A stretch of 64,000 nucleotides of DNA from a virus, in the IMG/VR virus record IMGVR_UViG_3300024999_000049, positions 1-64,000 of that record, one strand, 5' to 3'. The position numbers were made by a program, and so were the translations under genes. Positions within the stretch are counted from its first letter, which is position 1. Every line of letters begins with the position of its first letter. The notes under the pieces are model-generated. The model was not told where the DNA came from. It saw only the letters and a list, made by a program, of their open reading frames with translations, and made no database searches. Shown here piece by piece: positions 19,608-29,338 of the stretch.

Positions 19608-20369
19608 CTATACCGCCTGTTCAATTTGATTTTTTCGCTTTTTGTTATTATATAATGGAATTAATTCTAAATATTTTTCATATTTTCTATCAAGATATAT
19701 TGTTGCATCTGAATATAAATGATTTAAAATTTTCATTATTTGGTCATTGCCACATATATGAAGTCTTTTTGCAAACATATCTCTTCCTTCATGTCTAACA
19801 CTTAATTTCTGTCTAGTTAATAACAGCCCTTCGGAAAGCAAATAGCCTTGTATAAAATCTAATATTTTTTCATATGTTGTAAATTGTATTCTAAATTTTA
19901 GTGACTTATTTTTCTGACTTCTGTCATTAATATAGCTATGGCCCAAACTTCCCTCAGCATCTAAGATACCTCTAATAAAATCCTTGTAAAAATCATATGG
20001 TATTTTATTAATTAATAAGTCAATATTTGATCTATTAGGAACCATTCCGTAGTTTTCATATAAATTGCTTGCAAAATATTTATTGCATATATATAATCTG
20101 CACTCATAGGGTTGTTCGCCACTAGATAATTTAAATCCAACAGAATTTTTATATATTTTTATTTCATAATTAGCATCTAGACATTTTTTTAATTTTTCCA
20201 AATGAGTATTTTCGGTATCTTTTAAAGCCAATTTAAATTCATATGATATAGATGTGTTTCTTAATCTTTTACATATGTATCCATCACACCATATGAATCC
20301 GATCCAATAAGCTTTTTCTTTTGTATCAATATTATCGAAATATTTTTCATTAAACGAATATTTTGAAAT
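19608..20369 (-). CDS. free-standing LAGLIDADG homing endonuclease (ATT start)
   Basis: The frame is open upstream of 20231 and contains the first motif KAYWIGFIWCDG; second motif FIRGILDAEG; ATT 7 nt after GAGGTG. Confidence 0.85.
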   Translation of the reverse strand: MSKYSFNEKYFDNIDTKEKAYWIGFIWCDGYICKRLRNTSISYEFKLALKDTENTHLEKLKKCLDANYEIKIYKNSVGFKLSSGEQPYECRLYICNKYFASNLYENYGMVPNRSNIDLLINKIPYDFYKDFIRGILDAEGSLGHSYINDRSQKNKSLKFRIQFTTYEKILDFIQGYLLSEGLLLTRQKLSVRHEGRDMFAKRLHICGNDQIMKILNHLYSDATIYLDRKYEKYLELIPLYNNKKRKNQIEQAV

Positions 20370-20416
20370 AATATATCACCTCACTATTTAATTTTTAAAT
20401 TGTTAAACTTCGTATA

Positions 20417-20809
20417 TTAGCTCCATAGAAATTCATCATGCAAAGCCATCTGAGTTTTATCATTATTTTCAAATATATCATATGAAGGAAAACATTCAGT
20501 AAAATATATCTCTAAATCATTTATAATTGATTCAGGTACATTTTTACAATATTCAAAAAATCTTTCTGCACTTCTTTGACCGCTTCTTTCTCCTACAACA
20601 TATATGAATTTTTCTCCTGACCTAAATGAGTATTTCTTGTTTGGTTTACATTGCATTGCCAAATTACCCTTGATTGGTTTTAATAATGTAATGATCTCAA
20701 CTGGTGTTGCCATATTAAATGCTTCTTCGCCATTATTTTTAATTGTTTTTATTAATTGTTCAAAATCATTACTACTTTTCATTTTTATATAACTTTCTTG
20801 ATATCCCAT
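20417..20809 (-). CDS. hypothetical protein
   Basis: ORF with AGGAG RBS. Confidence 0.7.
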   Translation of the reverse strand: MGYQESYIKMKSSNDFEQLIKTIKNNGEEAFNMATPVEIITLLKPIKGNLAMQCKPNKKYSFRSGEKFIYVVGERSGQRSAERFFEYCKNVPESIINDLEIYFTECFPSYDIFENNDKTQMALHDEFLWS

Positions 20810-20825
20810 AAATATAATCTCCTAA

Positions 20826-21149
20826 TTATTTAATCTTTTTGTTTCTCTTTTTAATCTCAACCTTTTCTTCGTTTTCATCTGGAACACCAAGTTCTAAGCT
20901 CACCGAAGGAGTAATTTCTTCCTCTTTTTGCTCAACAACTATCTTCTTAGTTTCTGCTTTCTTAATATTCTTATCGGGTCCGATATACTTCAAAGCATCA
21001 TTACCAAACCATTGTTTAACAATTCTCTTCTTGTTATCTATTAAAACATCTACTTCTATAAAAGCTTTGTTAATATCAACCTGAAGGACTGTACCTCTAT
21101 TCCCATTTGCCAGTACTAAATTCCCAACTTCTAAACCAATTTTGTTCAT
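20826..21149 (-). CDS. hypothetical protein
   Basis: ATG at 21149 with AGGAGG RBS. Confidence 0.6.
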   Translation of the reverse strand: MNKIGLEVGNLVLANGNRGTVLQVDINKAFIEVDVLIDNKKRIVKQWFGNDALKYIGPDKNIKKAETKKIVVEQKEEEITPSVSLELGVPDENEEKVEIKKRNKKIK

Positions 21150-21298
21150 TGTTCCTCCTAAAATAATATTTTTATCCAATTCTAATATGTTGCCTATGAC
21201 ATTCTGGACATTCATATGCAACATATTAGAATTGGATAACTCCTACTCCAAAAGACTCTCTAAATGTCCTACACATTGGAGGAAGAGGATACCCACAT

Positions 21299-21646
21299 TC
21301 ACAATAACCCTTTTGTTTTTCTAGCCGTTCCTTCAATTCCCTCTGAGTCTGCTTTCGCCAATTCAACAAGCTTCTTCACTTTCCTTTCGATGGTATCTTG
21401 ACGTTCTCTACTATCTGAATAATAATATCCCAACATACAATCCCAGACATAATATTCAGTACCGCCATATTCAAAAGAATAGGAATAACAATGATTCGGA
21501 CATTTATAATGGCATTCTTCCATTCCCATCGGACCACTCATACTATCGTGATTCATAATCGTTCCACAAACCGGACATTCTCTCTTATTCATCTTTGACC
21601 TCATTTCTGATAAAATCAATTTTTTATTTACTTTTGAATTATCCAA
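21299..21646 (-). CDS. zinc-ribbon hypothetical protein
   Basis: CPVCG...CPNHC. Confidence 0.65.
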   Translation of the reverse strand: MDNSKVNKKLILSEMRSKMNKRECPVCGTIMNHDSMSGPMGMEECHYKCPNHCYSYSFEYGGTEYYVWDCMLGYYYSDSRERQDTIERKVKKLVELAKADSEGIEGTARKTKGLL

Positions 21647-21837
21647 ACTTTTTCTTCAAGGGCATTTGTAACCCAACTAATATGATAACTAGTTGATTCT
21701 GTTTTTTCTGAACTTGGACTATTCCACGTTACTTTAAAATAATTCTTATCTTGCTTTTCTGCCGTATATAATATATCTCGCTCTATGTTACCTTCTGGGT
21801 ATTTATAAAAGAATTTAAATTTATTTTTTATTCGCAT
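21628..21837 (-). CDS. hypothetical protein
   Basis: AAGGAG RBS; overlapping co-oriented ORF. Confidence 0.55.
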   Translation of the reverse strand: MRIKNKFKFFYKYPEGNIERDILYTAEKQDKNYFKVTWNSPSSEKTESTSYHISWVTNALEEKVWIIQK

Positions 21838-22027
21838 TGTTTATATTCTCCTTGTTATTCCTTTTCTTCTTTGGAGCCTTTAACTCTGCATTAACCAACC
21901 ACTCTTCTAGCTTACAACATCTACGAATTATTGCTTTGGCCTCGTCAGTCATAATAGAATTGTTTCTCTCCATATCATTCAACATAGCAACATATCTTTT
22001 ATAAACCCCAACAAAATCTATAACCAT
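21821..22027 (-). CDS. hypothetical protein
   Basis: GGAGGG RBS. Confidence 0.55.
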   Translation of the reverse strand: MVIDFVGVYKRYVAMLNDMERNNSIMTDEAKAIIRRCCKLEEWLVNAELKAPKKKRNNKENINNANKK

Positions 22028-22077
22028 TAACCCTCCAGGGATGGACCTACCATCCCTAATACTTAATACTTTAATTG

Positions 22078-23418
22078 TTATGCCGTTCTACTTTGTCGTA
22101 ACGATCTTGCTTCTGCGTCCAATTCATTAAGTTGTCTTTCAAATGTTAATGTTTCCATCGGATTGTTAGATCTACGAATCCTTTGTCTTATATCAGTCAC
22201 ATCTCGTTGAACATCATCTAAGTTTCTAACCCTAAGTGGTTCTAATGGTGCTATAGCAGAAGCCCAATCAAAACTAAAACTAGGCGCAGTATAAGCATAT
22301 ACTGGTTCTTCACCATTATTACTTATAGTTTGTATTCTAGTCGTCGAAGTACTTCTTTCGCCTCTAGTGTTTGTAAGCCCAAAAGAAGCAGCCATTTCAC
22401 GATTTCTTTCTTCTTCTCTCTTCTTACGTTCTTCTTCTTTTTTTAAATCTTCTTGCTTTTTCTGTTCGGTCCTATCATCATAGTATTTCTTCAGTTCAGG
22501 TGAGAATTTATTGTATATACTATCCCAAGTTACCATTTGAATATCATATATTGAGATCCTCTTAACAATCTTGGCAATATTTCTGACAAACTGAAGAGTA
22601 ATCATAAATGTGTCATAGTTCAGTGTACCCTTAAATATTCTAATCTCTACAGTATCATCATGCTTTAAATTTATAGCTCCATATTTATTGGCTGATTTCG
22701 CTTTTGAATACATATCGAAAACTGTTTCATTTTCTTCCATATAATATCTTTTAGCATAATCATTGTGTTTTCTTCTAGCAATAAGCTCTACCTGCTGATA
22801 AAACTTTTCAAAGATATAAAGCAGCTTGCTAATATTCATATCCTGATGGAGTTTGTCTTTGCCGAAGAAGCTTTTATTAAAGTGTACATGTAACCCACAT
22901 GTATTTACATCATGCGCTCTATATCCCAATTTAACCAAGTAACTAAATGCCCTCTTGTAATCTAAAGATTGGTGATAATACAACGTTGCAGGATGAGTTA
23001 CAATCTCGAAGCCTGAATCAAGAGATCCATCATGCTTACAGTATACATTCTGATCTCCTAGAATATCTATTATCTCTTTGGCAACATCGTGATTTTTACC
23101 ACCACAATCAACTTCGATTTCAGCTCCAAGGAATAAGTCTTCTTCGGACTGATTGGTTTTATGAAAATTAAATGCTTTTGGAATGTAGTTATATTCTTGA
23201 ATATATTCTGGCTCATTTTCTTTATCATCACTGTCATCTTCCCATGATGAAAAGACAGTACTCCAATCTGGTAGACTTGCAGGTGAATATGTAGGAGCCG
23301 GTGTTCTTAAAGGTTCTGCTCTTCTACCGCGAACTGATTCAACACTTCTCGCTATGTCGGATGCTATAATATAAGGAGGTTCATATACATACGTATTATC
23401 ATTATCTCTAGGAGGCAT
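22078..23418 (-). CDS. putative amidoligase (COOH-NH2 ligase) family protein
   Basis: GAEIEVD, KHDGSLDSGFEIVTHP, CGLHVH, KYGAINL, TVEIRIFKGTL. Confidence 0.82.
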   Translation of the reverse strand: MPPRDNDNTYVYEPPYIIASDIARSVESVRGRRAEPLRTPAPTYSPASLPDWSTVFSSWEDDSDDKENEPEYIQEYNYIPKAFNFHKTNQSEEDLFLGAEIEVDCGGKNHDVAKEIIDILGDQNVYCKHDGSLDSGFEIVTHPATLYYHQSLDYKRAFSYLVKLGYRAHDVNTCGLHVHFNKSFFGKDKLHQDMNISKLLYIFEKFYQQVELIARRKHNDYAKRYYMEENETVFDMYSKAKSANKYGAINLKHDDTVEIRIFKGTLNYDTFMITLQFVRNIAKIVKRISIYDIQMVTWDSIYNKFSPELKKYYDDRTEQKKQEDLKKEEERKKREEERNREMAASFGLTNTRGERSTSTTRIQTISNNGEEPVYAYTAPSFSFDWASAIAPLEPLRVRNLDDVQRDVTDIRQRIRRSNNPMETLTFERQLNELDAEARSLRQSRTA

Positions 23419-23482
23419 TTAATCACACTCTCTTTCTTTTAACAATTTAATTTCTTGATTTTTTTCTGATAAATGTCGAATT

Positions 23483-23689
23483 TTATTCGGATATTTTACA
23501 ATCAATTGTAATTTTTATTGCATCTTCTTGATTACAACCATAAAATACACCATCAATTAAAGAATCCTTAATTTCTTCTTTCATACCGTTAACGAAATCA
23601 TTCATACCGGATTCATCAAGGTTGCGTACTTGATCTTCAACAGATTTTTCAATATCAATAACTGCATTAATATCAATAACACATTTCAT
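23483..23689 (-). CDS. hypothetical protein
   Basis: AAGGAG RBS; stop inside the 23469 site. Confidence 0.65.
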   Translation of the reverse strand: MKCVIDINAVIDIEKSVEDQVRNLDESGMNDFVNGMKEEIKDSLIDGVFYGCNQEDAIKITIDCKISE

Positions 23690-23899
23690 ATTTAATCTCC
23701 TTATACGATATCGAGGTCTGTTATTACGCCCATAATTCCGAGATCTTCATTGAGCATCTTGATTACATCTGCTTTGGAATATCTCTGGACGATTTTACCT
23801 TTGCCATCTCTCTTGACTGAAAGGGTATTGTAAAGTAATTTTGAAATAGAGTAGTTTAACATTTTGATCTCCTTTATATATTTAATATTTGAATTGTTA

Positions 23900-24916
23900 T
23901 TAAACTAATTCTTTAAAGTTATTATATAATTCTATAAAATCCTTTGTATCAACCGGAGAATCCTTTTCTCCAAGATAAAGATTCATTCTATCCCTAATGA
24001 TGTATATCTTCTGTGTTGTTACTGGATACTGAAGCTGTTTAACTATTTCATTTAATTCAATATCAGATACATCATTATCTAGGCAAAGTATAATATCTGT
24101 ATTTAGACGTAGTATATTCTGACATTGTGATTCTGTAAGACTTTTTGTACCAATTCCAATTGAATTTTTAAACCCGAGCGAATGAGCTTTCATTACACTC
24201 TTCTCAGCTTCAAAAACTAAGACAGAACCAGCTTTTTTAATCTCTTCAGTGTTTTGCCATTCTCCATACAGAATATTACCACGAGTGCATGGAAATATGT
24301 ATAAGTACTTACTTTCATGCTGATTTGTGATATCTCTTCCTTTGACCGATATTAAACTGCCAAGCGAATCGTAAATTGGAAATACAATACGCTCTGATAT
24401 TGGATCGAAGGCTACTTGGTAATATTGTTGACTTGAGATTTTTATTCCCTCGTTATACCACATTAATGAAGGTAGCTTTACAAACTGATCCAATACTTTT
24501 TCCGGTAAAATCCTGATTTTATCAGTATCGGTTCCTAAGGTTTGCTTATGTCCTTCAATAAAATCTAGAAAGCTTAAAAGTTTTGGTTGTTCTGGCTCAT
24601 TAAGATCTTGATAAAAATCAGCTCCTATAATATTACAAATCTTCTTCATACTTTGAGGAAAATTTATCTGAAGCATATAGCCTACCGCAGCTATTATGTC
24701 TCGGATCGGTAAAGCCTGATAATCTGATCTTGTGAATATTTCTGTATGGTATTGATCCGAACCTAAGTAGCAGCAAACTGCACTTTGATTATTTCCGCCT
24801 ATCCTGGTTGAAGTAATTCTATCTGAATAGTGATGTATATTCTCGCAACCTATTTCTTGAAGAACTTTTTCAACCAATTCAGGGTTAAGCATTTTTTTCA
24901 ACGAATGTGCGAGAAT
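23900..24916 (-). CDS. DnaG-type (Toprim) DNA primase
   Basis: RIVFPI, KGR, KYLY, VFEAEKSV, LCLDND, KDSPVD; probable ATT start at 24916 after GGTGGTGG (ORF track starts at 24901). Confidence 0.88.
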   Translation of the reverse strand: MLAHSLKKMLNPELVEKVLQEIGCENIHHYSDRITSTRIGGNNQSAVCCYLGSDQYHTEIFTRSDYQALPIRDIIAAVGYMLQINFPQSMKKICNIIGADFYQDLNEPEQPKLLSFLDFIEGHKQTLGTDTDKIRILPEKVLDQFVKLPSLMWYNEGIKISSQQYYQVAFDPISERIVFPIYDSLGSLISVKGRDITNQHESKYLYIFPCTRGNILYGEWQNTEEIKKAGSVLVFEAEKSVMKAHSLGFKNSIGIGTKSLTESQCQNILRLNTDIILCLDNDVSDIELNEIVKQLQYPVTTQKIYIIRDRMNLYLGEKDSPVDTKDFIELYNNFKELV

Positions 24917-24983
24917 TTCTTACCACCACCTTACATATATATTATACTATTTAATATTTGAATTATAAAGATAATCAAAAAAA

Positions 24984-26468
24984 TTATTCTGTAATAAAAG
25001 CGGTTTCTTCATCTGCTTCAGAATGAAATACTGCAAGCCCAATCTCTCTCCAGAGCATTTTACCTTTATCTACTTCGTATATTATATAACTCTTATCCTT
25101 ACCTCCGCGATTTTTGTCCGTAAAAGCCATATAGTATGTTTTTTGTTTATCTAGAGCTTGAACGCTTCCATTGAAAGCATTGTCTGGCATTTGAATTCTA
25201 ACACGAATCTTTTCTTTATCTTTATAATCAAGCATTCTGCTCATCTTTAAAAAATCCATATGATGTTTGCTTTGTTTACCGGTTGCTATAGCACTTGATC
25301 CCATTATTTTAGATATTAAACTTTCATCTGTCATTTGCATAGTCAACCATAAACCCATATTTAAACCACCTTGAGCTTCACTGCCTATCATTTTTTTTAG
25401 TCTTTCAATTGTGTATACAAAGAGCATCCAATCTGCCATTCCATGTGTATCTCCACCCCTCATCGCTTTGAAGGTGTCAATTATTGCAAAATTAATGCCT
25501 CGCAATTTGTGTTTCTTCAAAGTTATCTTGAGACTGTCGAAATCCCAAGATTCTAATTCCAGGAAATGGATTTTACTACGTTCTTTTATATATTGGGCTG
25601 CTTGTCTACATATATCATCCTTAACACCTGTACATAAACCCATAGCTATATCCGTTTCTTCTATATAAACACCATGCTTAGGAGCAAAAACAGTATTCGC
25701 AATTCTTGTAAGCAACATAAGATCTACTTCTATTTTTTCCTGTTCGTTAATTCCAAATAATACAGGTGTTTGACCTATGACACTAGTATGAGCTAATATA
25801 TCAACGGCCTCTCTGCTTTTACCAAATCCGGAATGCATTGCGGAACAATAAATTTTACCCTGTCTCCATCCCCTGGCTAATGAGTTTAAAATTGGGTAAG
25901 GTAAATCTATACCATAATCAGGACTCTCTTTAAATTGCTCATATATTTTATCAACATCGTGTCCTAATATGACGCTATCACTGATATTTTTTATATAGCT
26001 TCCGACACGAGTAAGTTGTAACTCGTATGCTTTAAGAATTTGATCAGGTGTTTTATCAACGAGTTTATCTAAATACTTACGAACATTAAATCCTTTATGA
26101 TCAAGTTCGCGAATTAAATTGTAAGACTTGAGCTTAGTATATAACTTTTTAAAATCTGTATTAGATTTTGCAATAGCCGAAAGTCGCTGATATGATTTGT
26201 GTCCACCAAGTTTTTGATATAAACTTTTAGATTCTTCATCCATTTTAGAAACCTGAATATTAATAGAAGTTTCATTAACCTCTGTATGATTTAAAAAAGT
26301 ATTAAAAAGCAAATCATATAGGAACTTCAAACTCGAATCAGAAAAATCAAATTTGCTCACAATTAATTCATTATATTCATTAAGTATACTAATATTATTT
26401 ACAATGTTTCCAATTACTAAAGATTCTGTTGATATATCTGCAATTTCCTGTAATATTTCCTCACTCAA
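24984..26468 (-). CDS. DnaB-like replicative helicase
   Basis: Walker A HSGFGKS, Walker B IIDTFK, TMQM, KNRGG; adjacent to primase. Confidence 0.85.
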   Translation of the reverse strand: MSEEILQEIADISTESLVIGNIVNNISILNEYNELIVSKFDFSDSSLKFLYDLLFNTFLNHTEVNETSINIQVSKMDEESKSLYQKLGGHKSYQRLSAIAKSNTDFKKLYTKLKSYNLIRELDHKGFNVRKYLDKLVDKTPDQILKAYELQLTRVGSYIKNISDSVILGHDVDKIYEQFKESPDYGIDLPYPILNSLARGWRQGKIYCSAMHSGFGKSREAVDILAHTSVIGQTPVLFGINEQEKIEVDLMLLTRIANTVFAPKHGVYIEETDIAMGLCTGVKDDICRQAAQYIKERSKIHFLELESWDFDSLKITLKKHKLRGINFAIIDTFKAMRGGDTHGMADWMLFVYTIERLKKMIGSEAQGGLNMGLWLTMQMTDESLISKIMGSSAIATGKQSKHHMDFLKMSRMLDYKDKEKIRVRIQMPDNAFNGSVQALDKQKTYYMAFTDKNRGGKDKSYIIYEVDKGKMLWREIGLAVFHSEADEETAFITE

Positions 26469-26472
26469 CCTA

Positions 26473-26892
26473 TCACCCCTTCATATCTGACAGTTCTTCC
26501 GCCCATTTTAAAACTTTAAGTGCATTATTAAAAATATCTCTACTTAATTCAACTGCGTTCTTTTGGTAATCAAAGTTCTTCCTTATTGTAACTTTAACTC
26601 CCCATTTACCCCAATCGACATGAGGATATAAATCTTGATCATACAAATACCCTTCGGGCAAATTAGGAAGTTTAATATAATCTTCAAAATATATGTAGCT
26701 GCCAGAATTATCTCCACAATGACCACTGCAACAATATTTAGTAATATATCCTTTTCTATTTAACTCTGCGATAACAGGAATAAAAAGTTCGTCAACTTCA
26801 ACTGATATGCCACCACAATCTCTTGACTTGCACATTCCATATTTTAATGTTTTTTGATGGTATACTCTATTACAGTCTAAACACAAAAACAC
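26473..26892 (-). CDS. Cys-rich hypothetical protein
   Basis: CLDC, C....C, KGY.TKYCCSGH. Confidence 0.7.
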   Translation of the reverse strand: MFLCLDCNRVYHQKTLKYGMCKSRDCGGISVEVDELFIPVIAELNRKGYITKYCCSGHCGDNSGSYIYFEDYIKLPNLPEGYLYDQDLYPHVDWGKWGVKVTIRKNFDYQKNAVELSRDIFNNALKVLKWAEELSDMKG

Positions 26893-26921
26893 TATATTTA
26901 CCTCCTGATAAGTTTTACATT

Positions 26922-27464
26922 TTATACTAATTCAATGCTTTCTTCTACTTCGTTCCCAAATACATCCCAACCATCTGTTTTTGATCTTGCAAATAATTCA
27001 ATTCTTGGCAAATTTCCAACTAATTTAATTATTTTATCTCTAACTACGTCTGGTTTTTTACTATGTCCTTCAATCGGAGTATCAATAATAGAATGAACTC
27101 CCGCACTAATTCTTTTAGGATTGCCTTTAACTGCTATTAAACATATTTCTGAGTTGCTCCGAGTCCAATTTCCCATTCCCCAAAACCAACTATGAGATTT
27201 TTTATTTCTTTTAACCCAATTAAATCCAATGGTTTTATATTTAAATCCCCAAGCTTTTATCGTGTCTAAACCCTCTTGAATCATTGGAAATGTAACCCAT
27301 ATAAATAATATACAATCATCATCTGCTATTTCTTTTACTGGAAGGGCTTTAATGTCTTCAACGGTCATAACATCATATTTAAAACATGCACCACGATTAC
27401 CAGCACTTGCTTTATCTTTATAACTCCAAGGTGGGTCTGCATATATAATTTTGTATTTTTTCAA
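26922..27464 (-). CDS. MT-A70 family N6-adenine methyltransferase
   Basis: IIYADPPW, WGFKY, WVK, HSKKP, IELFAR, GWDVFGNE. Confidence 0.93.
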   Translation of the reverse strand: MKKYKIIYADPPWSYKDKASAGNRGACFKYDVMTVEDIKALPVKEIADDDCILFIWVTFPMIQEGLDTIKAWGFKYKTIGFNWVKRNKKSHSWFWGMGNWTRSNSEICLIAVKGNPKRISAGVHSIIDTPIEGHSKKPDVVRDKIIKLVGNLPRIELFARSKTDGWDVFGNEVEESIELV

Positions 27465-27473
27465 ATAGTCACC

Positions 27474-27992
27474 TCAATCTAATATATCGTAATCCTCAGA
27501 CACTAAATCCTTAATATTTGAATTGTTAACCTTCAAAAACTTAAATTCTATAACCTCATTCGCCTCAGCAATTCTTTGGTTATGCTTCTTAACATAATCT
27601 TCCATGTTATTCTTGAGCATCCAGACTAAAAGATTCGCCAAATGCTGACAATCTTTGTATTGTATCTTCTTAATATCCTGCTCAATACTCTCTAGACAAC
27701 CCTTCATTTGTTGAAAAGTATACAACCGTCTATATTCCTTCAGCTTCATGATTAAAAGACTTGGCAGCTCCTTAGTAAAGTACTCTTTTAAAATATAATC
27801 ATATAGGCTATTCCAACCTAATTTTTCATAATTTAACTCTTCAAGACATTTATTATGATAACACCTATATAGAATTTTACCTTTGGCTGTAAATTTTATA
27901 TATCCATTTTTATCTTTAACTTCAACCCAAATAGCATCATCACCAACAAGTTGTTTACATCTAACACATTTTCTTAAAGCCAATCTAATCAC
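27474..27992 (-). CDS. hypothetical zinc-binding protein in the replication module
   Basis: CVRC...YHNKC. Confidence 0.65.
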   Translation of the reverse strand: MIRLALRKCVRCKQLVGDDAIWVEVKDKNGYIKFTAKGKILYRCYHNKCLEELNYEKLGWNSLYDYILKEYFTKELPSLLIMKLKEYRRLYTFQQMKGCLESIEQDIKKIQYKDCQHLANLLVWMLKNNMEDYVKKHNQRIAEANEVIEFKFLKVNNSNIKDLVSEDYDILD

Positions 27993-28232
27993 CTATCCTA
28001 ACATAGATTCAAAATCATCATCACAACTATCTTCAGCAAAAACCTTCTTACTCTTTTTAGAGCAAATACCTTGACCAGCATAACTATTCTGCACTTCAAA
28101 TATTTCAGATGCATCTACATAGTTCTTGCATATATCACAAATATTTTTACATACCTCAACTCTGGGAGGAAAAATACCAAACTCTAAACTATTATATTTT
28201 TCTTTTAGATCTTTAATCCAATTATTATTCAT
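27993..28232 (-). CDS. Cys-rich hypothetical protein
   Basis: CDIC...GIC...DSC. Confidence 0.6.
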   Translation of the reverse strand: MNNNWIKDLKEKYNSLEFGIFPPRVEVCKNICDICKNYVDASEIFEVQNSYAGQGICSKKSKKVFAEDSCDDDFESMLG

Positions 28233-28398
28233 ATGTTCACCATGAACCCCATACTATAAATTCTCTTCCGCATTTATTGCAAACCATTTTTTTACCTCTG
28301 CATGAATGACTACAGTCCTCGTCATGACATCCTGTGATGCTGTGTATTAAAAACCAAAATATGCTCATATTTTCCTCCTGAGAAAACAAGAGAGGCTA

Positions 28399-28677
28399 TT
28401 ATGCCCCTCCATTTTCTACCTTTGCATTTCTCTCTTTGTTTTTCTTACGGCAGTGCCAGCACTTTTTTGGCATTACCATATTATTTTCTTCATACCATTT
28501 TTTATTAGATTCTCCGATGAAGAATTTGAACCCACATTCTTTACAAGTTATTCTAAATCCTGGCTCTATCAAGGTTTCTTTTTTATCAATTACTTTAATT
28601 CCATTTTCCGACAACACTGTAATACCACTATCGGATGTAATTTTAACCTTATTAAAATCACTCATCGTTGTTACCAT
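28399..28677 (-). CDS. zinc-ribbon domain protein
   Basis: ITCKECG.KFFI...KWY...PKKCWHCRK. Confidence 0.75.
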   Translation of the reverse strand: MVTTMSDFNKVKITSDSGITVLSENGIKVIDKKETLIEPGFRITCKECGFKFFIGESNKKWYEENNMVMPKKCWHCRKKNKERNAKVENGGA

Positions 28678-29338
28678 CCTCTTCATATTTTTGTCTATAC
28701 TCTAAAACATTCTTTGAATAACCCCTACTAATTGTTCCGGTTCTATCAACATACCTTTTAAACCCATATAATCCCATATTATAGCTATTACAGACCCATA
28801 TTCTTAATTCATCATCCGAATACTTACCTATAAATTGATCTTTTAAAATACTCAAAAATTTAATTCCAGCATGAAGATTATGTCTAACATTTAATGGATC
28901 AAAATTTGGTTCTTTAATCATTTCAGCAAACCACTTATGATTACTGCTGTTCAACTGCATTAACCCAAAATCTTTAGTACCATTCTTATTTTTATAAACC
29001 AATTTAGTATTAAATGTTCCTCCAGTTTCCTGTTCAATTACAGCTAAAACAAGTGGTATACCAACATCATATCTACTACAATATTCGAATATAATGTCTT
29101 GAATATCGTGGTTTAAAGGTATATTAAAATACTTTATTTCTTCCTTTTCTTTTTGTTCTTCTTGTTGAATCTTAATTCTATAACTATTCTGCAAAAGTTT
29201 TTCTTCCCTTAATGTGTCGATTGAAATGTCGCTATTAACTGCCAAATTGTATTCTATCGGAGCCTTAACTACTGGCTGAATACCAACCAGCAGCAAGACT
29301 ACTAAAACCGATAAAACTACAAATTTATTTCTTTTCAT
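28658..29338 (-). CDS. lytic transglycosylase (SLT domain) with N-terminal signal or anchor
   Basis: AVIEQET, DFGLMQLN, SYNMG; hydrophobic N-terminus. Confidence 0.88.
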   Translation of the reverse strand: MKRNKFVVLSVLVVLLLVGIQPVVKAPIEYNLAVNSDISIDTLREEKLLQNSYRIKIQQEEQKEKEEIKYFNIPLNHDIQDIIFEYCSRYDVGIPLVLAVIEQETGGTFNTKLVYKNKNGTKDFGLMQLNSSNHKWFAEMIKEPNFDPLNVRHNLHAGIKFLSILKDQFIGKYSDDELRIWVCNSYNMGLYGFKRYVDRTGTISRGYSKNVLEYRQKYEEDGNNDE

